From Thalia democratica (lineage: Eukaryota), in the NCBI GenBank assembly GCA_965202585.1, contig OZ241830.1:69874001-69938000 (forward strand): a DNA stretch of 64,000 bases. The letters are read 5' to 3'. Positions 11,701-22,574 of this stretch are shown one piece after another. The notes beneath the pieces were generated by a model. It was not told the DNA's origin and searched no databases. It worked only from the letters and a program-made list of their open reading frames with translations. Both the position numbers and the translations under genes were made by a program. The stretch's first letter is position 1. Every line of letters begins with the position of its first letter.

Positions 11701-14700
11701 CCAGCTACTGTGCGATAATTGGATAATCCGTGTTACTTAACTTCGCATAACTCGACCTTCGCACTTTGTAATCAGATTTTGTGCAAGAAAGTCAATATTT
11801 TTTGAGATTTCATCATAATACCCTTTTGTTAGTTATGAAGCGCTTTTATGTTAAAAAGAGTTGGCTCTTTTATGTTATAGTTGCTGTTGTTTGTGTTAAT
11901 TTTCAGTTTTTGTTCGCGCCCATGCATTTGTAAATTTTAGCTGTATTTTATATAAAACTTTTCTTTGCTGAGAAAAGTTGTCGGCAGTTTTGTTAATCAT
12001 AGAGTTTGCAAAAAAAAAACACTGAATAAATGAAACTAATTAATTTCAGACAAAATAGTTTAAAAAATTGAAAGACTTTTCCTCAGAGTTTGGTTTATAA
12101 ACCTATACAAGTTATATTTTACTTGAAACTTATAAAGATGCAAACTACATTGATTACTTTAGTTCATTTGAAAAACAAAACCAACACATAAAGGTTTTTT
12201 TTTATTTATGATTTTTTTTACTTAAAGAATAGTATATAGACTAAAGTATTCTAATGTTTTATAATCCAGCTAGAAGTTGAAAGCTCAACTTATGTAAAAC
12301 TATAAATTAAAAACAAAAAACACAAGTTTATCCAATACCTGAAATCAATGGACTTGTTATAATGCAGTGTAAATAAAGTGTGAACAAACAAAAGCTGTTC
12401 ACACCTGACAGCTTATCTTTAAATATTCATGACAAAAAACTGAATGTTTTATGAAGTGACTCCACTTGTCAAAGTTTGAAATCATCTTAAGTACGACAGT
12501 TAAATTTTTCTTTTAAACCCGCAACTAAAGTATTAAACAACAAAAAGTCAAGTCGCAGCTTATACAGTCACCTGCTAAGGCTGAAGATTAGCAGAAAAAA
12601 TGATTTGAGTGATAAACCGCTGCAGCTAAAATAATTGGCTTTATCAGGATTTTACATTAATTTTAACAAACCTATACAAACGGTTAATTTTTTAGCTTTA
12701 TGTTTAAAAAAATACCAAAACTTTATGACCGTTTTGTTTCAAAAAACAATTTATTGAATTTCTTATAGAATTTTATTACAAGAATTATAACATTAAAATA
12801 AAAAAAAAAAACTTATCATTGTTATAATTTTATGTTAAAAAGATTATATAAGTTTCGACTTGATTTTGATGACAGCAAAAACATGCTTTTACCGACATAC
12901 GCTATCTTGACGTAATAAAAAAAAAGATCTAACAAACTTTTATGAATATGGTTTTTTTAAATTAAATATTTGATAATAACTATCGACATCGATGAATTAA
13001 TATGCAGTTAAAAATATTTTTCACATCTTTTAAACGGCGGTCTAATAGCTATTATTGTTTATGATTTTTAAGTTGTTTTATTTTTAACTTAGTAAATCAA
13101 GTTTTTAATTGACCTAAAAACATAAAAGTTATAAATTATAACAAATTGTAGTTTTTGTATTGTTTTCAAGTCTTCTTAGTTTTAATTAGAAAAATTTTGC
13201 AGATGCTTACACGGGCCAATTAATGCCAGGACAAAAAATAAACTCAGAGCACTCAGGTTGCATTAACAGGGGAGGACACATCAGCAAGGAACCAGGAGAC
13301 TCAGCAAGATCGAACAAGAACAAGGGGAAGACGACGAGACAGAGGACGGTGCTGAACGAGAAGCAGCTGACGGTGCTGCACACCTTCTACGAGAACAACT
13401 GCAGACCCGACGCCATCATGAAGGAGCAGCTGACCACGATGACGGGACTTCCTCAAAGAGTCATCAGGGTGTGGTTCCAGAACAAGCGGTGCAAGGACAA
13501 GAAGATCGCTATGAGGCAGCAGCAGGAGCAGAAGATGAGGAACGGCGAAGGAGGAAGGCAGCAGGATTGCAGGCAACAAAAGCAGCAGGTTGGCTTGATG
13601 ATTATTTGAAAACAAAGTTGTAAGGAATGTTTTATATACTTAAAACTGTAAAATTTTATAGATATTAATTTATATTTTTTTTTGCAAAAAGATATTTTAC
13701 TCTTTACAAAACACTTAACTTGAAAAATAGTTAAACTTATTTGAAAAAAAAATATTTATCTTAAAAAATGTATTGAAAAAAATAACATTATTGTTCTTAT
13801 TGTTGAACATTATCATGATTTTTTTTTGAACTACTTAAAGACTTTTTTTTCATATACTTTAAGAAAGTTGATTAAAAGTGTAGTTCAGTATTTTGAAATG
13901 TATAAACTTGTTTTAGTAAAATCAGCCAAAATTATTTATACAAGTAATTGTACCATATAAGCGTTTTTATTTTTAATCCGAAAAACAACAGGCATATTAA
14001 ATATTCCTGCCTTACCTGCAAACCAAAGTAATGTTATATAATTTTTTTATCTACTTATTTTATATAATGTACACAACACATTGAAAGTTAATGTTTAACA
14101 ATAAATAAATTTATATTAAAACGAACTTGAACACATCTTTAAAGTACACAGTTGTTTATGGAACAATAAAAAATATTACGATTGTTTCTACTAATCAAGC
14201 AGATGTATGTTTCACTTAATTTGAGCTACATTTTTTTTAAGGAATTGATTTTCAGGTTCAGTACTTACGAATGTTTTAAAACCTTATTGACTATATAAAG
14301 TAAAACAATATTTATAGTTTAAAAATTTTTATTTTAAAATGTTGTATTAGATTTAAAATAACGACAGCTAACACTAAGTAATTGAAAATTATTTGCTTCA
14401 AAACAAAAAAAATTCTTTGTTTTGTTATAATAAACTGCGCAAATTTTTATTATGTACACAAAGATAGTAATATATTTGCTTATTTCAACATGGTTTGAAT
14501 AAAAATACTCATTTAACCTTTAAACTTTAATTTAGGAAACTATACTTCAAACTTCAAGTTCGAATTTTACAATCGTTTTAACCTATACATAATATAAAGC
14601 TGTCGTGCGCTTGTAAACGTTTATTGAAATGGTAAAAGTCAGTCAAAAATGTAACAAATTTTCACACAACTTGATGCCGACCACTGCCCTTGACAATACT

Positions 14701-17700
14701 CTTGCATGTTGGCGATACATTTCAAGCAATCTGCATGCCACTGATCTATTCTCAACACCTGAGTCTTATGACGTCATAACCAAATGTATTTCACAGAGAT
14801 GCACTGTTTAAGGTGGCTTTCTTTATGACACTTTTATCTTAAAATTACTGATTATCTATGATCTAATAATATTTGTGCTTAATAAACATTTTATATTAAT
14901 TACTGTAGTAGATTATAAACAGAAAAACTAAATATAAAACAAAAATAATAATTCAACTAAATACACTAAAAGTGTTTTCAATTGAGTAAATAAGCTTAAG
15001 GGTTACAAAATAGTTTTAAACTAGCTTGTGTAACTTTTAAATGTACATAAAACCTTTTATTGAACCGCAATAAATAAAACGCTTAAAATAATATATGGTA
15101 ACGAAATAATAATATATGGTTCTAATATCTGGTAACGAAATAACGTTCCGGTTACCGAGTCAAACACCGATCGGATACAGTTTATTGTTCCTGGTCAATA
15201 TATAATTAAATTAGATTTTAAAGTACCTTATTATTATAAAATTATATTTTTTTTCATCTAAACGTTTAACAAATATGTAAAGTTATTTTTTACGTATACA
15301 TATTTGTTTAATCTTACCGTATAGTATTAGGGAACGTATAATAACTTATAACGTATAATAACTTGTTGTATAATCGGCTTTGTTAGTATTTTTCTAATGT
15401 TTAAAAAAAAAGATAACTTTAGCTTTAAAGTATGGTATTAGCTTACATAACGACAAAAAACGCTAAAAAGATTTGGTCCTAGGACCTGGTGTACGAAGAA
15501 TTTCGGTTATCGAGTCGAAAGCTTGTTTTAATTAAAAAAGTTTCAGTTTATCAAATTAAAGTGTGTAAATACAACTTTGTTCTAAGTAGATAACTTGTAA
15601 AGTATACAAACTAGAAAAACCAATCACCGCTTTATAAATCACACACATTAAACCTTTTTAAAACTCATAGATCAAATTTTTGTACTTAAAATTAAGTTTA
15701 AGTTCAGAAAAATATTTCGTTGGTCTTTAAATGCAATTGTGAAAAGTTTACAAAGTAGACAAAATAACAAATATCATTTGAATTTTTCTAAAAATTAGTT
15801 AGTATTTAAAAATCATAAAAATAGTGATTAATAACGTTATTATGATAAATAGCATTAATATGCGTTACCATGACGATGGTTGCCATATCTTAAAGACGCT
15901 CCTCAGGGAAGTTGTTGCTATGGAAGCGTTGTGGCACAAAAATAATTATTCGACAATCATGTTGGTTTTTATATCGGTAGAAAAAAAGTCAATTCTTTTA
16001 ATTTTTTTAAAATGTGTTTTAAATTTCTGCGTATACTTAAAATATCAATGTATATCACAGACAGATTTATTATAGGTAAAAATTTCCTACATAAGTAATA
16101 TTATAAAATAGGCGGTGGGTTTAAAATAAAACAACTTAAAGACAGTTCTTTAACTAAAGACAACATAGTTTTATTAAGAATACGAAAAAAAAAAAACTTA
16201 AAGAGTTTAAAAGAAATCAAAAAAAAATTGAAGAAAAAGTTTCTTCAATTAAAAATATTCAAAAAGTTTAGTTGAGATCGCATCTCAAGTTACTTCTGCA
16301 TATATTTTTTGCATCTAAGTTTATATCATTAACAAAAAAATAGTTATGTGCTTTAGAATAGTTTATATTTTAAAGAGAAAACAAACCTACGGAAGTAGTT
16401 CTTTTATTTTCAATTGAATCGTATTAAAAAAAAAAATTGCTAAAAATATACATTCTGTTACGTCACAACGATTAAATAACCGAGACTGCTCTTGTTCCTT
16501 GTTTGCGCCGCAGGTTGAGAAGGGTTGCAATTAAATCTGTTTAAATATTTATGATGGCATCGATCAATGTGGAGCATCTGAGATGCTGAGTTTCTTTTTG
16601 GATTAGTGACAAGCCACGCTTGACCTATTCGCTTTTCTGAACCTTTCTTGCATGAGTTTGCAAACAAAAAGAGACATGTTATCAATTATTAACTTAAACT
16701 CATCACATGCAATCTGGCTATTCGGTTTGTTTTGAAAAAATTATCTGATAAGTGAAGTGTGTTGTGCATCTTTAACTCAAGTAACTTGTCAGCGAAAACT
16801 GCTTTCACTTAAGTTTTGATAAAAACAACTTTCCTTTCACAAGTTTGGTTTAAACTTTACTTGGTCTAATGTGATAAATTGTAGATAGTATTGTATATGG
16901 TTTGAAAAAATGAGTAACATTTTATTATAGACAAATTAATTTAATTCCTGTAAATTTTTCTCTTTTCGATAAAAAACTTGTATTTAGAAGGATACACTTA
17001 ATAAAATGTTATATATGTAGCTTGCTGAACTATACGTTTTTTTACAACTTTAGCTATTGAATTATTTACAATTCACAAGCATTGTACTCGGTTTGGTATT
17101 TATATAAGATTGATTATATGAGTCTGATGTTATATTAATTTATTTACATTGGTAGAAACGCATAAAAAATTAGGAAACCACGTCAGAAAGCTTTTGGGTA
17201 TTCACAGCAGTACAACAATTATTAAATTACTATAATAAACGAATTTAATTTTATCACTTGCATTTCCCATTGTAGACGATGACGTATTTTGCTGTATACT
17301 TGCGCTTATCAGCAAAATAACTGAAAAAAAAACAAAAGGCATAGCATTTCAAAAGTCGATGCTCCTTTTTTTCATTTTAAGTTTAATTTCGAAGTTAAGC
17401 AGTTTTTTTTATGTAGTTTATAAACTTTTTTTAATTGCATGAGTTTCGATAAGCTTTGTTGGTAATTTTATTTTGGTTCGAAGAGAAGGTTATTTATGCT
17501 TATTTTTCGAAAAGTTTTTTATAGCACAAACTGTAAAGTTTATACGTATGAATATGATTACTCTGAATATAGTTTCTACTTGATTTTTAGAAAGAAGCGT
17601 CCAACTTAAACGATGGAACAAAAGCTACAGACCAAAATGTCAACGGTCCAGGACAAACTTCTAACCAGTCCACAGACATCAACGTGGACCAATCAAATTA

Positions 17701-18766
17701 CAACCATCCACAGCAACCGGCCTGGAAGGCGCTGAGTGATTTCGCGTTGCAGAGCGAAATTGAAAAACCCCCTTTTCAGCAACTAGTAAATTTTGTTGTG
17801 ATATATTTTTAAATATTAGACCAATTAAAATAGTTTAAGTAAATAAAAATTGCTGAAGAAAAAGTTAAAGATCTGAGCATTGTAAAAAGGAGATCAAATA
17901 AACTTTATACAATATATATTTTGATCAAAACTTAGTTGACAAAAATTTTTGAAGATTAAAGTAGCAAATAAAATACTTTAACTGGCAAAAATGTCTGTGT
18001 TTTATTTTTAATATTTGTAACTGACTGTTTTATTATATGTGGTTAAAGTTTTCACTAAACAGTATTATCAGATAGTTAAAATAATTTTTTACTGAATTAA
18101 CTAGTTTTTTAACAGTTTATTTATTGCATAGTTAATAGAATTAAAGGAAAACTTTATTTTTTCGCGTCTTGTTAAACTAAAATTTATAAAAAATATTTAA
18201 GTAAAATAACAAAATGTTTCTAAAAATCCACGATTTTATTTTTTTATTGGTAAAACTAATCTTTATTTGAAATAAATGTTTTTCCATAGGGTGGTGAATT
18301 TAAGTTCGGTTTTATTACCAAAAGTATTTGACCAAAATATTTAAAAAATTTTATCAAATATATAAATTTATTAAATCAATTCAGTAAAAAGTTATGAAAA
18401 CCGTCAAAATTACCCGTTGTGTTTAAAATAAAAAGTATTTTATTAATTTTTTGACTGGTTTAGTTGTATTTCTTAGTTTTATAATTATTATATTTTCAAA
18501 AATACAAAAAAAAACTACTATGGTTATAAACCGTTAATTTTACAGGTTATAGGTTTATAAAAATGGCGTTAAACATGTTAATAATTGTCTAAATAAAATT
18601 TTAACACTTTCAGGTCAACAACTTCTCGGGTCAGACTCCCTCTTCGATTTCTGATTCTTCGGAAATTCACAGCATCCCCTCCGTATCCTCACACAGCTAC
18701 GATCTCTCCACATTCTCCTGCACCACTTCTCTCCACTACGATTCTTCACAAACCATTTGCAGCTAG
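2461..18766 (+). CDS. Isl: Islet-class LIM-homeobox gene, copy A; join(2461-2740,4405-4588,10507-10605,10968-11095,13203-13588,17591-17785,18614-18766), 474 aa
   Basis: Two LIM domains with intact Zn ligands, Islet-type homeodomain ([13 protein letters not shown]...[16 protein letters not shown]) and the Islet C-terminal motif [23 protein letters not shown]. All seven exons have GT..AG boundaries with compatible phases (1,2,2,1,0,0), total 1425 nt, and are mirrored in copy B. Confidence 0.93.
3167..3640. mobile_element. Degenerate MITE-like foldback element in Islet A intron 1
   Basis: Imperfect inverted ends (3167-3223 vs 3563-3640, e.g. gcacgaaaggacagcttcgcacgaag vs reverse complement gcttaaagggacactttagcacaaag) around two ~130-bp-period units carrying CTAACCCTTACCCT. 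Confidence 0.5.
4405..4588 (+). CDS. Isl: Islet A exon 2 (LIM1)
   Basis: CMGC..H..CLKCAAC..CKND LIM pattern; acceptor tttttag, donor CA|GTTTGT giving canonical DYFH-LFAPRC spacing. Confidence 0.92.
7078..7300 (+). promoter_or_regulatory. Intron-2 conserved element, promoter-like (copy A)
   Basis: X-box-like GTTGCTAGGCAAC 7155-7167, GGGGAGGAG 7181-7189, TATTAAAA 7191-7198, CpG-rich; about 90% identical in three copies. Confidence 0.6.
9620..9870. promoter_or_regulatory. Second intron-2 conserved element (also 27160-27430 and 55760-56010)
   Basis: GC-richer block with TGACGTCA and two CAGCTG E-boxes in A; a ~45-nt core (CATTACAACTTGGCAGCTGACCTCAACAGCTATTATGACGTCA) is invariant in all three copies. 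Confidence 0.55.
10507..10605 (+). CDS. Isl: Islet A exon 3 (LIM2, first half)
   Basis: [12 protein letters not shown]...YHVQCFR; tttcag acceptor, AG|GTTAGT donor. Confidence 0.92.
10968..11095 (+). CDS. Isl: Islet A exon 4 (LIM2, second half)
   Basis: [14 protein letters not shown]...YCIKDY resembles ISL1 C..C.RQLIPGDEF; aacag acceptor, G|GTAAGT donor. Confidence 0.92.
12385..12430. promoter_or_regulatory. Intron-4 composite element (also 26461-26510 and 53170-53215)
   Basis: TTCACACCTGACAGCTTATCT: overlapping T-box-like, E-box, TGACAG and GATA motifs; flanking core retained in the pseudogene. Confidence 0.45.
13203..13588 (+). CDS. Isl: Islet A exon 5 (homeodomain and Gln-rich tail)
   Basis: Islet homeodomain; ttgcag acceptor; donor CAG|GTTGGC (phase 0, matching exon 6). 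The 3' boundary is less certain than the 5'. Confidence 0.93.
15451..15517 (+). repeat. Short interspersed repeat R (other copies 28461-28530 +, 48174-48248 -, 50234-50300 -)
   Basis: Pattern AAAAA(A)CG..CT(C/A)AAAA..TTTGGTC....TGTA..AA.A..TTCGGTTATCGA(G/A)TCG; two copies sit at non-paralogous positions. Confidence 0.55.
17591..17785 (+). CDS. Isl: Islet A exon 6 (ends in the conserved [11 protein letters not shown]...FQQL motif)
   Basis: Not in the ORF track; 195-nt open frame between tttttag and CTA|GTAAAT; the FQQL|V intron position matches vertebrate ISL1. Confidence 0.9.
18614..18766 (+). CDS. Isl: Islet A exon 7 (Ser-rich C-terminus, [11 protein letters not shown]...QTICS*)
   Basis: ctttcag acceptor, 50 codons then TAG; same length and frame in copy B. 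Confidence 0.87.
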   Translation, partial: VNNFSGQTPSSISDSSEIHSIPSVSSHSYDLSTFSCTTSLHYDSSQTICS

Positions 18767-20479
18767 TTGTGACGTCATAATATGAAAGATAAGCGGTGCG
18801 GGCACTGCATTATTCTTTTGACTTGTTTACATTTTGGTACAATTTTATATACTTGATTGCTCTTTTTTTTAATTATAGCACTTTATTCGACAGGTTTTGT
18901 CGCTCTTTTAATAATAACTTAAACCAACTGATTAATTGTAATAAAAAGCTATAATTTAATCACATAAAACATGATACTTATTATTAAGCTAAATGTTTAA
19001 ACTTTATACCATACTCTTCCATTTGTATTATGATTTTAAAAATCATCATAAGGGTTGAATAAATGCGTAAAAGTTTAAACAAAAAGTTAACTTCTAAAAA
19101 TTATATATAATTTTATATGAAACTATTCACTTAGTACGCTTATGCAAATTATTTAAACAGTTAATTTCATTTACACTTGTGTACATTAACTTTAGCTAAT
19201 GTTTGAAATATCTTGTTAAAGCAAAAATCAATTAAACTTATTATTAAAAATAAATTTTTACAACTTAAAAATCTAAATTTTGACAAACTCCAAAGCTAGA
19301 AATCTTAATGATATCTTGTTTAATAGCTGTTTTAATTTAACATAACACCTAAAGCTTGCTGTAAAAAAAGGACTAGTTTTGTTTATTGTGTTAGAAAATA
19401 AACTATCAATTTTAAAAGTTGTATTTTGATATCTTTATTTCATTATACTTTACTTTTTTTTTTATCAAAGGGCTTAAAAGACACTTCAAAAATACAGTGG
19501 AATTTAAACCATAGCAGAATTTAAAATCTAAAAGCAAAAGTTGTACATCTCTTTTTTTTTCTTTTCTTTTTAGCTATACCACTGTTCTGAAATTATTTAT
19601 ATAATACATACTTTTGTTTTAATATTGAATTTCTCTTTAAAACTTATAAATTTAATTTAAAGTACTAGTTCTTTTAACTTTACTATACAACTACTTATTA
19701 AAAACGTAAGTTAAAGTGTAGTCATAGGTCAACACTCTCTTTGCAAAATCTTTAATTGAAAATAATAAAGTGAGTTTTTGTATTAGAAGGCTGCAGATAA
19801 ACATAAGTTCATTTCTTCAAACTTTTTATTTGAAAAGTGAGTGCTGGTAAAAACTAAAAAAAAAACATACATTTTAATACTTTTTCAAAAATTCCACGTA
19901 TAATTCTTTAATCTTTATTGACCTGACACCCAACCTTTAATTAAGTTACATCACATCACTTACAGTATTCTTTTAGATGTTACTTTCGGTACACAGTGCT
20001 AAATTAGTAAAAATGCTGTCAACTAAATGCTTGTTGTCGCAATTTAAAATAACTCTCGCATCAAACTCAAAGCATTGACTTTAACGTAATCTTTTGGTAC
20101 TTTTCATTTATAAGTTACTCTACAATCAGCTTCAATATAGTTTTACTACTTTAGAACATTTAAAGAATTTTTAATTTTTGCAAACCTTGATGTAGTAAAT
20201 TTAAAATTAACTCCAAAAAAGTTAAACAATTTTTTTGTAACTTATGACAAATAAAATAAACATAATTAAAAGTTAAAAAATAAAAAAAATATAAGTTTAA
20301 TTTTTTATGTACAAAAAAATATGACTATTTTAAACCATTTTAACACTTAAAAACTTAAAATCTGCAATAAACTACTTAATAAATAAGTATATCAACATCC
20401 TCCACTATAAAATTTTTTCAAGAAAACCTTAAAAGTTATTATAAAACTTTCAAAGGTTACCGAAATGATTTATCGTTCC

Positions 20480-20620
20480 GATTATTTTTACTCAAGCGAT
20501 AATTGAATGATACATTATTATAAAGATTCTCATCTAGCGCACAGGTGCATTGTGAAGGAACTAGTGACATCCAAATAATTGATAACGTGTGATCACTGGA
20601 GCAGAAATAATAATATTTTA
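20480..20620. promoter_or_regulatory. 3'-flanking conserved element X (also 25650-25790 and 45130-45260)
   Basis: Core TGCACCTGTG(T/C)GCTAGAT found downstream of all three Islet copies in gene-matched orientation. Confidence 0.5.
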
Positions 20621-22574
20621 TTCTTTTACCGTTACATTTTGATTGTAATATAAACAAACAAATCGTACAGACTCTGTGTTGCAGCTGTTTAGTATGAAAC
20701 TTAAAGAACAGTTTATCTGCTTATTTTTCATAAAGAAAATTGTTAGTCTGCATTAATTCTAAGGAAATTTATTAAGTGTATAGTAGAGGGAAATTAGAAA
20801 ATTTTTAAATTGAATTAAATGTACTAAAGAAGTTTTTTCAAATATAATCAGGTTGACTATCAACTTGTTAGTAGTTTTTTGGCATATTGTTTGCTAGAAG
20901 CTTACAAAGTAATATTTCCATGGAGTTATATAACAACAAGCTAACATTTATATAATAAACTATATTTTTATATTAACATTTACAAAAAAGTTAATAAGCA
21001 TAAACCGTAAAGTCTTATGAATTTATAATAACCAGAACCATTTAATAAAATAATTTTATTTTACAAAAAATTTTCCCAATTTTTTCTGCAAGTTAGTTAA
21101 ATTATCATATTTTAATTTTGATTGAAAAATAGACTTTAAGAGTACTTATAATAAAAATTTATAAAGTTTATATTTTTTATATTACTTGTGCTTAAGTCGG
21201 TTAGCTGCTTTTGTACCTTGACAACTAAGTAAAGTAAATCTAAGTATGTTACCATTAACACCACAAAAAAACTAATTAAATTTAATTAACTATTTGTTAA
21301 ACTTAATATCCCTAAAGTTCTCAAAATATCAAAAAAAAGTTAAAAGTGTAAAAAAAAAACAAACAATATCTACTCACATAGATCTAACAAGACAACCACA
21401 AAACATTGGTAATAAAAAAACTAAATTTTCAAAAGAAGGTAGTCTTCAAAATACAATAAAATGTTTGTACCTTACCCGTAGATTTATTTTGTATTAGCTA
21501 ACAGGTTTTAATGAAAGTGGAAGCTAAAACGTTGCAAAGTAGGTTAACTGACATATTTTAACAACTGTTTTAATATTAAAAACATTAGAGTGAGGTGTTT
21601 TTTTTTTGTTTTTATCATTGTCATAAAGTTAGCTCGTTAACTACAATTGCTCAATTCCTGGGTTTCTTCCACTTACATTTTTACTTTCAGCTTTTCGTGA
21701 CTACCGTTCGTCAGAAGCAAGGACGGAAAAAATACAGAGTTAAGATAAGCAGTGAATGTTAAAATTAATTATTGATACATTTACATGCGCGGACCTGAAT
21801 TTTAGTTTAGCAATCAAAATAGAAATTAATGATTTTCTTGGACTTGACAGAAAGTCTAAATACAAAGTGACATGTCTGCAAACGCACATTTGATAAACAG
21901 GTTTAAAAAAACGTTATTTACGACATGGCACAGCTGCACTATGAATAAGACAATTGTATTTTTATAAACATTAAAATGTTTATAAGTTTGTGATTGATAT
22001 CACAATCAGATGTTTAAGTTATTTAGACTAAAAATAGCTTTGAATAGATTAAATGATTAGTGTTTCAAATAGGTGTTTTAACTAGCCAAGTTTCTTCTGA
22101 ATTAAAACATCTTTAATTTACTTGATTTATTTAAATTTGAGAATAAGTTTTTAAATGCTTTGTTTTACAAAATCCCACTAACTAATAACTGTTACAAATA
22201 TTTGTTTTAAGAATCATTCTTAGTAACAAAAAAAAATTTTTTTTTGTTGAAATTTTTTAAATTTGTTTACACAACCTAAGTTAAAATAAAAATAAAACTT
22301 TGTTTTATCTGAAAAAAGCTTCTTAGAAAGTAGTTTTGTTCATTATGTTTGTTCATTTTGACAAACAAGCTTTATAAATAGTTATGTTGGTTCTAATCAA
22401 AAATATTAATACATAAACTAAAAATTCTACCTAATCTTTTATTATAAAGATTTTTAGAGTTTCTTATGGATTTATTTTTACTATATAAAAGTTACAAACT
22501 GCAAAAAAACCATTCAGTGAAACTTTGCATTTCGAAAACAATTTACATTACGAAACGACGAACCTTTCAACTAC

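Larger units (their letters stand above)
1830..20620 (+). repeat. Left arm of large inverted segmental duplication (pairs with ~64000-45130)
   Basis: The reverse complement of the window end matches ~1830 onward. Exon coordinate sums stay near 65600-65820 and intron lengths are 1664/1665, 5918/6103, 362/364, 2107/2124. Confidence 0.92.

Noticed and set aside
13301-13615. 104-aa antisense ORF over the homeobox exon (and its mirror 51981-52295, plus 51925-52125)
   Set aside because: Shadow ORFs expected from GC3-rich coding sequence; conservation is explained by the sense frame.
15866-15895. MVAIS stretch as a hidden exon for the missing PMVAASP motif
   Set aside because: Immediately followed by TAA in A and disrupted by a 5-nt deletion in B.
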